Origin: Catajapyx aquilonaris
Lineage: Eukaryota
Assembly (NCBI GenBank): GCA_000934665.2
Contig: JYFJ02002138.1
Span: 1-62,722, forward strand
Reading direction: 5' to 3'
DNA: 62,722 bases
Shown: positions 1-11,550 of the stretch, in pieces
How the letters are laid out: every line of letters starts with the position of its first letter
How positions within the stretch are numbered: the first letter of the stretch is position 1
Notes under the pieces: model-generated
Told to the model about the DNA's origin: nothing
The model's input: the letters and a program-made list of their open reading frames with translations, nothing else
The model's database searches: none
Made by a program: the position numbers and the translations under genes

Positions 1-195
1 CCCGATGCCAACACACGCCATTCCGCGCTATGCACGCTATTCGTTGAAGTCTTCCATCACCACCAGTGTCAACCTAACCCAAAAACCACCGCCTCTGACA
101 ACCCTCCAATCATACGTCTTTTCAATTCCGTCATCCAATATACACACATCCCACTTGTCACAAAATATTTATTTATATATTTACATATTTATTAA
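1..195 (+). mobile_element. Possible degraded 3' end of a non-LTR retrotransposon (LINE) ORF2
   Basis: Frame 1 is open from the window edge (PDANTRHSAL...NPPIIRLFNSVIQY) and runs into an AT-rich tail. It loosely resembles CR1/Jockey-group ORF2 C-termini. This is recalled resemblance only. Confidence 0.2.
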
Positions 196-1424
196 TTAAA
201 TCACTAATTGATAACAAGTAACATGTCAATGACCAGAGTAGCATTACAAAATGACAATGTCCAACATCTGAGAAAGTGAAAATACCTATGAGTCACCAGG
301 GGTATGTAACCTTGAGTAGTTGAGTACATGCCATCTATTCGTAGTTCACTTCACGTATGACATCACAGTTTGTTAGAGCAAGAAATTGGCGAGCACGTCA
401 TGGCCTGGCAACGTAGTTTCGAGAATCCTCCTCAAAATATTTTACCCACGCCGCGCCATCAAGATCGGCTCAAAATCCCTGAGCTGGACCCAAGCGACTG
501 AATTGGTCCCTTATTCCTTCTTCCCCCGACAGTTGTTAGTTACACCCCGCCCAATTCAAAGGAGCTGACTCGGAGAGCGATACGTATTTCTGCACACTCG
601 CCAGGATTTGACTTGCGCATTTGGAGGACGGCAACCTCTCTCTTTACCTCGTACAGCTCGTTAGCGGAGTTACAGAGAGAGAGAGAGAGAGGAAATCGTT
701 GGTATATACCACAGCACGTATTCGTAGCCTATAACGCTCCTCTGCCAGCCAGTACCTTTGTGTGTGCGTTTTCAGCGTTAGTGTTGGGAATGGATTAATA
801 AATTCATAAATTTCGGTGACCAGTGACCATTACGACATTAATGTTTGTAATGGATATTGTCCCTGATAATCCGGTAGGAGGTCGTGCAACATAGGTTTTT
901 CCAATTCGATTGGGGGGAGCAGAGCTTTCAAAGTTTTATTCCATTAACTTGTAATTATGCTGTGGGATAATTCGATTGGAACTTCTTTATTGTTCGGCAC
1001 AAATTGTTTAATTCTCTTTCAGTGATCTATAATACCGTTATACCAGGGTGTTTACGAATGACAAACTCTCTATTAATGCAATTTGATTGCAGGTTAGTAT
1101 TGCGGCACCCATTCCCATAAGCAAGACCAGTACTTTATTACGGTTATCGGCTGTTTTGTCCAGTTGGACATGGAGGGTAAGTTATGTTTCAATGTTCAAC
1201 TAGCAAAACTGTCATAGTTATATCTTGAAGGTTATCCTATCGCATTTACACATGTCATGCATAAGTTGTGACGGTAAATTTTCGGCAACAAAATACCTGC
1301 ATCATATCATATAAGTTATGTGCTTGGTATGAAATTGGATTAAGATAAGACGGATGGTTAGAACGTCGGTTAGAACTGCCACATGAGGTTGTGTCAGGTA
1401 TAATTAGCTTTGCCGGTTTATACA

Positions 1425-1682
1425 GAAAACCCTCGCTCCGCTCGCATTTTCCTAGGGCGCAGGCCTAGAAAACCACTCGCTTCGCTCTCTCTTTTCTAGG
1501 CCTGCGGCCTGGGCAACAATACAGAGAAGGAATGGACAGTTTTCCCGGCAACCCAACAGAGGAGTTGTTTACACCCCATTGCGCGTGAGTAGAACACGGG
1601 CCAATGGGGAGGTGGCGGTAACAATATGCGGCGAACCAATCAGAGGGCTCGGTCAAACACCACAAGGATTTTATTATAGATT
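1425..1682 (-). mobile_element. Putative non-autonomous element fragment (Helitron-like ends)
   Basis: The minus strand begins ATCTATAATAAAA (~1681-1669). A 14-bp inverted repeat GCAGGCCTAGAAAA/TTTTCTAGGCCTGC spans 1459-1506, with duplicated CTCGCT(C/T)CGCTC motifs nearby. Confidence 0.3.
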
Positions 1683-4412
1683 ACTGTCGCATTTTGACAT
1701 GGAAAAATCGAGGAAATAAATATCAGCTCCAAATAACAGGCAAAATAGAGACGTGAGCTGACGTGTACCTGTTTACCTTTAACACAATAAAAACAACATA
1801 AGAGCAACCATACAAGCCTGTGTCCAAACCTGACCCACCCAAACCTAACACCCAAACCGTTTCAAATTTCACTATAGCCATAAAACCCAAGTGCCCTCTC
1901 CTGACCCTTCAATCAGAGTGGCCTCTTTGTGCTAAAGGTCCCAGTTGATTGGCAGCAAATCACCGGACAAAATCACACCTACTCTAATAAAATGAACGCC
2001 ACCAAATTACCGAACCAACTGTTTGTCCAGGACATCCTAGAATTACAAAAAAACAAGCCCCCTTTTGGAAGGCTATAGCGTGCAATATCAACCCGAAACT
2101 ATGCATGAGATGGTCACCAGTCTGGACATTTAACATTGCAAACTCGGGGGAATGTCTTGATATCAATTACAACAAAGAGGGCGATCCGTTTTTGACGGGA
2201 AGGGAAGGAAGCAATATAGCCCTCTTCCCTCTATTGCTTTTGATTGAATCCGTCCAAGGAACGAGATCAAAGAAGAGACTTGGCGTGTCAGTATTGACGT
2301 GAAGACTGCCTAAATCAGTACAAGAGAGGCTTCAGAAATTGACCACTCAATCATTTGTCAGCCCTATATCTATTGCAGGCTGACTTTTCCAGGGTAGCAG
2401 CTGACATTTGAACGTCTTAATGCCTGACTTTTAAACGGCAGCAAAATGCCACCAGTGTGGGAACGATACAAAAGGTGATGCTTGGGTTCATCGAGGTAGA
2501 CGGAAAAGGAGACTTCACAGTTCCCCCCTTTCACTCCTCCAAAGTACAGGAGAGGATGAGAGCCATGGTTGGATGCTCGGCTTCCAAACACGTCCTCAGG
2601 GAGGAAACCATACGGAGATATGGACATTGGGAAGAAAAGAGGAGGCCAGAAAGGGCCCCATTTCGTGCTTCCATGCACAATGCGTCAGGAATAGTGGGCT
2701 GCCACTATACGTTTCTAAAATACGACCTGGGGGAGTTCAACCTGGGTCGTCAACGTGGAATAACGATCGAAAACGGGGGACAGGAGACGGATGGAGGAAA
2801 CCCCAAAATGCACTGGGCACGTGGATTCACCTGCACTCACACCTACTTTTTTTGGAGGGGGATCGCATCTCGTAATTAGGCTCTTACACAGGGGTGTTAG
2901 CAGTAATGGCCATGGCATGAATATTAACCTTAGGCAGCACAGGGATCAGTCGTCTCTTGCTTAGTGAATAATTTGTGCTTGGCAATCAGTGCACCTGTCA
3001 CGTGAGAGGGCAAATCAGCGCTTGTGATCAGCCAAAGGTGCGGTAGATATAGTTACGTGTCAGCATGATCTGACGCGACTATAATATATAGGCTACCTGT
3101 AGATGACAAATTGTTATGGACGTGTCGGGCACATGACATCCGCCGGGGGTTGCGCGGGTTAAGTACTGTGCCATAATTTATTGTGTTATCCAGGCGAGGA
3201 TGGAGGGACAATGACGGAGGAAGCCACTTGATAACTTGCTTACAGTTTGGTGCATTCAGGCCTGAATTTTCAGTCATGGCTAATTTTTTTATTTGAATTA
3301 AAACTGTCGTGTGCCTCACCAAAATGTACACATAACGTACAGTAACTTCTGGGAAATGACAAGTTAGACACTGATTAATGCAGTGCATTAGCAAACAGCA
3401 TTTTTTTAAATCTTGCTACAGTACCACTTCTACAGTAGTTCGATTATAATGTCGGAGCGATTCAAATCGACATTTTCCCTCAGTCTGCTATTTGTGCTGA
3501 ACCATACCTAATAACTGTAAAAACACATCACATTTTTCAGTTTTTTGCACAACTCTGGTTACACCTGTTTAGAACTGGCTCTGCTGTAGAAATTCCATAT
3601 TGTACCACCTGCATCTAAGGTGTCCTCACCTACAGCATACCCGACACAGGCGTATTGCTGGAGGGAAGCACATTCCATAAAGGGGCAAGAAGTTGAAAGT
3701 TATCCACAGACTGCCCCCGACGACAGCAAAACCCTTTGAGGGAACGGGCCACGAGGTCACTAACGACGTTCGTGCAATGGACAACCGCTTTGAACTCTCT
3801 TGCACTTCCCCATTACCCCTCTTGCCTCTCTCACCGTCCCTTCATATACTACACAGACTTGGGTATAGTCTCACTTAAGTTGGCCCCAGGGATTAATGAA
3901 AGCCTTGAGTTGCATTAACTACAAGTTGCTACCAATTTGGAAACCTGAAGGAACTTTCTGGTTGCATTACTACATTATGGTTGTTCCTATACAGTTGCAC
4001 AGTTGAGATGAAACCGGATCCTGACTTGTGCCAGAATAAGTGATAACTCTTTCATCCCAGGTGTACACTGGTAAAATGCGACCGAAAAACTGGTTACTAT
4101 GTACAGTAGTGACATAGAGTGGCGTCTTTGAGGGTAGGCAAAGAGAGTTATTTCGGATGTCTGAGTTTGTGAAGCCGGGAGCGTAGAGGAAATTCGTCAC
4201 GAACTCACATGCAGCTGACAGCCACTTTTTTTCAGGGACTGTGCACTTACGTTGAGTAGCTCTGTAACTGTAGTCACCCTCGTGTCACTACAGTAACAGG
4301 GGCTTGTGTTAGGTTTTCAACATTTTAACTGAAAATGTTGAAAATCTAACACACGTACCGGTACTTGAAGTACCGGTACGTGCCGTGGTTGTCCGCGTAT
4401 GTCCCATTACTG

Positions 4413-4928
4413 CAGCGGTTCATAACCTGGGGGTGCGAGAAGAGGTTCCAGATGTACTACCATAATTATGGTATTCATGCCATAATTTTCGGGTTCGTAC
4501 CATTTACCATAATAGTACACAAAAAATACCATAATTTCGTCAAGTCCAATATTACTCTGTAATTCCACTTCCATGAAAAAAGTGCTACCAATATCAAATA
4601 TACACCCTCACACACCAATTTCAAATCTCCCAGACAAGTTACATTCACCACAAATGTGTGACCTTGAACCCAAAAATTTACATGTTAGACTCTTTCATTG
4701 AAGGGTTTTTATTTCAAATTTAATTTACTTGTCATTAAATACAGGTACGCCTTTTTCGAAAAGTACCATCATGTCCGTGGGTTGGTACCATAACTTCGAT
4801 TGCGCGATCTGGCGAGCAAGGTGCACTTCTAACTATGAACTTAATCAATCACCCCTGGTATAGGGGGTGCGACAAGGACCAACTGTCTTCAAAGGGGTGC
4901 AGAGACCCGAAAAGGTTAAGAACCACTG
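4413..4928. mobile_element. hAT (Charlie-like) MITE
   Basis: TIRs are CAGCGGTTCATAACCT ... AGGTTAAGAACCACTG. There is a perfect 8-bp TSD CATTACTG at 4405-4412 and 4929-4936. GGGGGTGCGA is repeated near both ends, and there is no transposase ORF. Confidence 0.9.
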
Positions 4929-7900
4929 CATTACTGCAAGATATTTTTTTTCAAATATAAGGAGCACTGATGCTTAAAACCGCTAATTAAACATTATAAT
5001 TTAACTAAATTCGAAATTTCATAATTGCAACCTGCTAGTTCTAAGCCCCGATAATATGCCCTGCCTTAATTCAAAGTGAGCCCTCTTTTTTCATACCCTT
5101 CACATTTGGAATGAACACGGTTTGACTGCACTGCCCTCATTAGCAGCCACAATTTGTCGCTTATAATTTGAAGCGCACCACTGGGTCCCGACTCAAACTT
5201 TGCGGAACCTGCCAGAAAATAAACCAATTCCCCGCCTCCCCCTTCTCCCTCTCCACCAAAAACGGAGACGAAAATGTCGCCTTTTCTGCTTTGCAAGTGC
5301 GTGTCGGAAGAGGTCGTTGTGAATTCCTGTCGGCTGTCGCAAAACGACGACACGATTCCCGAGGGCCGTACTTGTGCCCCCGCTGGGAACGGCCCAATTG
5401 GACTTCCTCCCCACCTCCATCCCCCTTTGCACACCGCGTCAATTGTACGTCAGATTGGACCTGGCACCAGGAGATGGTCCATGGGAGGTGGGTGGTTGCG
5501 GAGGAGGAAAAGAGAATGCGAAGGACCTATAGGTACCGGAAGGGGCCAGCTTATTGAGGTTGCCGGATATTTGGACTTCATCATCAGAGTGGCTTTTATG
5601 CGAACAATGCCATCCGAGGCATCCTTTTGTCGTGCAAAATGTGGGTGTTCAGGGATGGGGACATTACGCTCAGGGAATAACTTCGCAAATCGCCTCTCTG
5701 TGCAGGTAGGAACAGGCCCGATTTAGTGTTGCAAAACAAAATTATTGGCATCTACGACTATAGTCAATAATGTATGCCTGAAAGAAGCCAAAAGTTTAAC
5801 ACTACTATTTACAAAATGGCGTCCCATTTCCGAAAAAAGTTGGGACATTATGTAGCACCCTGTATAATTACGAACTTGTAGCAAAAATCGTGCCTTGGCA
5901 AACTTTACGATTTTACAATGGCAGAAAACATGGCTGAGTTTATAACTGCAGCTGTCCCTTTGAATCTCCTTCAATGGACCCGAGGGAGGATGGATGTAGA
6001 GGAAGGGAAGGGGGGGGAGGAGCAGCAGGACGTTGAAGACCATTTCGCAGGCATTTTAAAATTCAGAGGCGGAGGGAGCTGTTATGAGGCAAAAGTCCCC
6101 AGGAAAGTTTTGGGCGCCGTGATTCGTAGAGGAGAATATATTCACGGGCGGTTATATTTTTGTGCCCCGGTAGCTTTAACGTCAAGTCGGGAAAATGCCG
6201 TCCAGACATTGATTTGTAGGAGCAGGCCACTTGACTGAACTAGAAAAAAAAATTATTTCCCCTCCCCAGCATCTTTCTCAATGCGAGGAATTCATGAACA
6301 AAGTCGCAAGTTATGCTGTCCCTCGAAAAACGGCCGAGTTTGAGTCGTTAGCCTCTTCCGGTTTTTAGCTATTCCCCCGAGTGACATAGAGTTTCGCAAT
6401 TCTTTTGCCCTTTCTGGTGAGTGCCCAGCCGACAGGTCTCCATCTCTGCAAAAAAAAAGTCTGCCATCAAGCTGAGTCATTCCTTATTCATTTCCCAAGC
6501 GTGGAATACAAGCTGTCGATGGAAATTAAGTTGCTTCAGAGTCCTTGTCATTGTCTTTCTCATTATCGCAATCTGAGTGCAAGGTAGGGGACTGGTAGGG
6601 GTGGTGGGTTGTACCCCAGCTGAAATCGATGTCACAGGAGGCACATTCGTAACGGTAGCAGAATACATTTAATATTCATTTCCTCGACAAGTGCTGCATA
6701 GGCTGGTTTAGTCTACTCCTTTGGGTCAACAGGTAATCCCAGGAGTCAGTACAGTGCTGACGAGCAAGGTCAAGACACGAGTTTACTCAGGAGTGTATAA
6801 GGCTTGGTACCGCATTATATAGGCCTATGTTACGCAATGGTCTCTTTCTAACGGCCCCTCCCAAGTTGCGAGGTGAAATAAAATTCTCGCTTTCCACCTC
6901 ATGAACTTGAGTCCTCTGGCTGGCTGCAACGCGCTTTGAAATTATTACGCTTTCAAAGCTGGCATCGGATTCACATTTCACTGGTGGGTGCACCTGTTAG
7001 GTATATATGGTGCTATATTTATATATACAGAATACTGTGTACATATACCCTGAGTGAGTCGGTTCCAAACTAGTCAAGCGTTTTTCAACGCACCAAGTAA
7101 TTTCTGGGCCCAAGGATCGTCTCTGAGCAACTGCTACTTTATGTACCAGGCATCATTATGATTCTCATCTGCTCCCAGATTCCGGTTGATTCCCATAATT
7201 GGCCCCGTAATTGGATCCAGCCCTTATAAGCATTAATGTGAAGTCTACGATAATCACTGGGAACCTAGCTTTATGCCAAAGTTACTGCCAAATCATGCCG
7301 TTTTGCTACTCCGCCTCTGGAAAAAGCTCATATTATTTATATTACTGTTATATTTATATAAACAACAACAGTGGAGCAAGTAACGTTTATCCACCACATT
7401 ACATACGTTGGCTGTCACAAAACAAAACAACTGGTGCGCACCGAGCGTTTGAAACCTGTTGTATATGATGTAGCAACTCAGTGAAGTGCACGTGAAAAAA
7501 AATTGCACAAAAAAGTATGTTACAGCCGATGTAGTTTCAAATCGTCCATTTGCAACCCATTCCCCCTGCTACATTATACAGGAGATGGCTTTTGGATACA
7601 CTGCACTGTATTCAGTGCTAATAGTAGCTTCGGGCCTAACCGTGCATGTCCAGCGGAAGCCACCGGACCTACCGAATTTGCCGACTAAGCTAAGCTGGCC
7701 CTGCTCATTTTATTCCCCCATCACGTTCACCACTGCCCAATTCCCCGACGTGCCTTGCCCCCTACCCCCTTAGATTACATCTAGACCGATTCCGGAAGAA
7801 TTAATGGACGCTTAGGAATTGTTTCTGTGCGACACCCCTGAAAAGTAAATACGCCGTACTAGCGCCTGTACTGCACACTGGTAACCACACATGGCGGATG

Positions 7901-10339
7901 ACATATGCAAGCCGCCGGGTAACATAAGCTGGATGTCAGAAATAAGTACATGATGTATGGGTATTGAGCTACTCTGCCTTAATGCACACTCTATGTTGTT
8001 AAAGCCCGGCGGTATCGCGCACAATTTCCATCGAGCCGTTAGAACTTTGCCCTGCCATGTAGCAATTAATCCCCGTATTAATAAAGCAATTGAAAACAAT
8101 TACGCTGTTTAAATTAAACCGCAGCGCAGCTCTTGGCGCTACAACGTGCAGTAGCCCAGCTCGCGGCTCAATTGGACACTGAAGCAAAAAATTCACTCCC
8201 AACTTTAGCCGGTCATGTCAATGTGGGCATAGTCATGGTGCCATCGTCGCGGCCAAATTGAGACATATATACAGGCGGGAAATAGCAAAATCCTGCCTCT
8301 CTTAAGCTGTTTGCAGAGGAGTCGTCGTCGCCTTCTATACGTATTGCCAGCAAGAAACGTAGGAACCCGGCCAAAAAATCACTCTCAACTTTGGCCAGGC
8401 GTCAGGTCAATGGCGGAGTCACATCATGTCATGCACGAAAATTAGACACAGAGTCAACCCTGAGTATTTGGCATCATACTCTTGGTGTGGCAAAAGCCTC
8501 CAAATCGGGTCCAAAAAATATGACTCCTTCTATGATAATGGCATGATCGTGTGATTGCTGCAGACGTCAACATGAGAACAGGCATCGAGTCAACCGCCAG
8601 TATCATTGCGTCTCTCTGGTGTACAGTTCCCAGGAAATGTCGAGGCGGAGGTGGCAAATAAATAAGAGTCGGAATTCGAGCAAACAATGAGAGCAACGCA
8701 TAGGAAGGAGACTCTATTCAGAGTCGCTCCTTGGCACCTCGCATTAAGAAGCATTCCCCACAACATGTGCTTGAATCCCACGAGGATTTCTCCCCAATAA
8801 TACTTGGAGATGCAAAAAGGTGGCATTACTGACAAGAAGGAAAAGCCCTCCCTTCCTCTACCTATACGCTCTCTCTTAGCTTCCTACTCTTGAATTCTCA
8901 CCGCTGCTGCAGCACGGAAGCCTTTGTTCCTTGCACCGGCAGAAGCTCCTTAATTAAATCCTCGCATCTTGATTGCGCCTGATTGTCAAAGCCTTTTCCG
9001 TCCATACCTCGGTTGCAAGAAAATAAAACGAGGCACCAACAGTCGACCGGTAATGCCGTCGGGTGTTAGGTCAACAATGCATTTGACGCCCTGAGAACAC
9101 GGGACAGAAAATCATTCGAAAAGTGGGCACGTGTTGACAGATTTCACGGTTCGACTCCTCCGGGTGTTCAATTTTATGCGGGATTATTTGCCGAAAAAAT
9201 GGACATGTTTGCCCCCCCCCCCTCCATGTGTGACCCCACACTAGTGCTGCCAATCCACACTCGCACATACAACCCCTACTGGCTTGATTGATATGCGAAC
9301 TGGTCCCATTATGAAAGCAAATGTTGATCGCATGCATATTCAGAATATTCCATGAACCAACTGCTCCTCGTGATTATATTGAAATAACAATTATTAACGC
9401 ACTTGATACCGAAGCCATTTATAGCCTCTCGGGATATTTCCATTCCCATTTTCAGGAATTGCCACTGCAACGGGGCATAATGTAGCCGGCTTCGAATCCA
9501 CCATGACCAGAATATAAGAAGAGCTCAACTTGTACAGTACTCACGCAGGTATTGACATGACCTTCCTACTTAATCACATCCAGTTCTTAGATCAACTCCA
9601 TTTCCTGGGAGGGGCGCAAAAAATGTTTGGACATTGTTTATTCAGCCCTGTTTGCACATGGCAGTGCTATTAAATTATTAACGAGATACTCAAGTTCTGC
9701 ACTAGTCTACGTCTAAATTCATCAAGTACTGTAGATACAACATTTGTCCCTAAGGCGAAACCCAAGCGCGAGTCAATTATTCAAAATGGAACTAAATTTT
9801 TATTTTATGCCAAATATACCTATGCATACCTGCGCTAGGTTTTCATAAATATGATGAGCTGACTTACTCGCATCAACGAATATACTACATTTTTAGGTCC
9901 GTGAAATGATATCCAGGGAAGCGTATCTAATTGGAAGCGATGCCAGTTCTTTTAAGCGAAACGAGGGACGGGGACATATCTCGCACGTAATGATTATATC
10001 CTCGGTAAGCTTCACTTTTTTAAAACAAAAAACCGAGAAGACAAAAAAAAAATCCCAGTAAATCAGACACTCGGCAATAAACCAATTTTCAGAATCAACT
10101 ATTACGAGCAGGTTTGTCGCTTTCGTCAACTCGATTTCTTTTTTTTTCTCCTCCCATTTTTTTTGCTCCCTATTCCCCTTCTCTACTGCAATCCCACTTG
10201 GAGATTCCAAAGCTATCACAATGGCGCCATTACATCACATAATGCCCAACATGAGAGCAAGCACACCTGAAAATTGGACTCGTTTGAAGACTTTGCCGAG
10301 CGATTCTTTTTTCACGCGGAATTGAATCGGCTCTCGGAA

Positions 10340-10700
10340 AGGGTCGAGTGGGATGAGTAGAGGGGGGCGGGGGAGCAAAGGGGGGGGGGACTAGGGGTGT
10401 AGTAGGAAGGGGTAGGGATTGGGAAGGGGGTATGGGGAGGGGGCACACGCGAAAAGTTAATCTCCCAGACTATGCGAATCCAACTTGGAGACGTCTGAGA
10501 ACGAACAGATTAGCGCACGCCTCTATTTTCCGCCCGTTAGTTTAAATCCAACTCTTTGCAACCTTGAGGGAATTCCGAGAGAGGGAGAGAGGGGGAAGGA
10601 GGAGAAGTCGAGAGAACGACAAAGTCCACGACGAGCTCCGGGAGATGAACTGGGCGCAAGGAAGAAACGGGGAAGGGGAGGGAGAGGAGGAGAGAGAAAG
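10340..10700 (+). repeat. G-rich / polypurine tract with G-quadruplex potential
   Basis: Many GGG runs lie at 10341-10444, including G10, followed by a GA-rich polypurine stretch at ~10577-10700. Confidence 0.7.
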
Positions 10701-10964
10701 ATCTCTGCCCTTCCTTCCTATGAATCTTCTCTCTCTACCTTCTTCTTGTCTAATCTCCGGGGACTTTCTCGACTAGCTTGCCAGCGCCGGTATATTTTAT
10801 CAGACCTTATCCTCCAGGCAGGATAGTTTCGCATTCTGAATGTCCACGGATCCAAGGAGCCTAAATGTTACCTCTTTTCACCTGCTTCCTAACCCAGATC
10901 ACACTCCAGCCACATACTAGTCAGTAGGACTACAAGGGTACCTTCCAGGAAAAAAATACCAAAG

Positions 10965-10990
10965 TCCTACTTTGCTTCTCGCAGGTGAGT
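10965..10990 (+). other. Splice acceptor directly fused to a strong donor (candidate recursive splice site, or the end of an exon)
   Basis: The sequence is TCCTACTTTGCTTCTCGCAG|GTGAGT, with the junction at 10984/10985. Confidence 0.45.
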
Positions 10991-11281
10991 AATAGCCTGC
11001 CGACTCAAATGCCATGTGGCAAGTGTCCAGCGCTCCTAGCGGGACGCTTACGGAGTTGGGAGGAGGAAGCTGATTGGTCTAAAGATGGCGCAACATGGTC
11101 TAAGGGGTCGTCAGAAAGTAGGCCTACGTCACACTGACCTGAGCCTTTTCGAACCACCACCCCCATGCCATGCAAGGTCACGCCTCTCCTACTTCTACCA
11201 GCGTTACGTGCCTAAAATATTGACATAACCAATACACCAGTTGAGTTTATACCCATATATTTCTAATCAGACTCAGTTCTA

Positions 11282-11411
11282 CAGGGTTACCCTAAAGTTT
11301 GGACACATAGGCAATAATATTGTATTGTTGGTTGACACTTGGTATCCTGGCAAGGCGGCAACCAACAACACAATATTGTTACCTATGTGTCCAGACTTTA
11401 GGGTCACTCTG
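11282..11411. mobile_element. Tc1/mariner-type fold-back MITE
   Basis: TIRs of ~53 bp (CAGGGTTACCCTAAAGTTTGGACACATAGG... / ...CCTATGTGTCCAGACTTTAGGGTCACTCTG) have 6 mismatches. TA flanks lie at 11280-11281 and 11412-11413. Confidence 0.88.
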
Positions 11412-11430
11412 TAGATTATATTTACTTACT

Positions 11431-11550
11431 GGGGAATAGGATGGTCCAATGTTTACTGCACTGGCCATCTAAGCGGGAGATACGGGGTTCAAATCCCATC
11501 CTCGTCACCTTCACTTGCTCGGGGTCTTTTTCCGATTAGCTACCGAAATG
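11431..11550 (+). mobile_element. 5' fragment of a tRNA-derived SINE (same family as 38517-38798)
   Basis: ACTGCACTGGCCA...AAGCGGGAG...GGGGTTCAAATCCC...CGTCACCT...GGGTCTTTTTCCG aligns by eye with the head of the SINE at 38798 (minus strand). The B box is intact and the A box is decayed. Confidence 0.8.
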
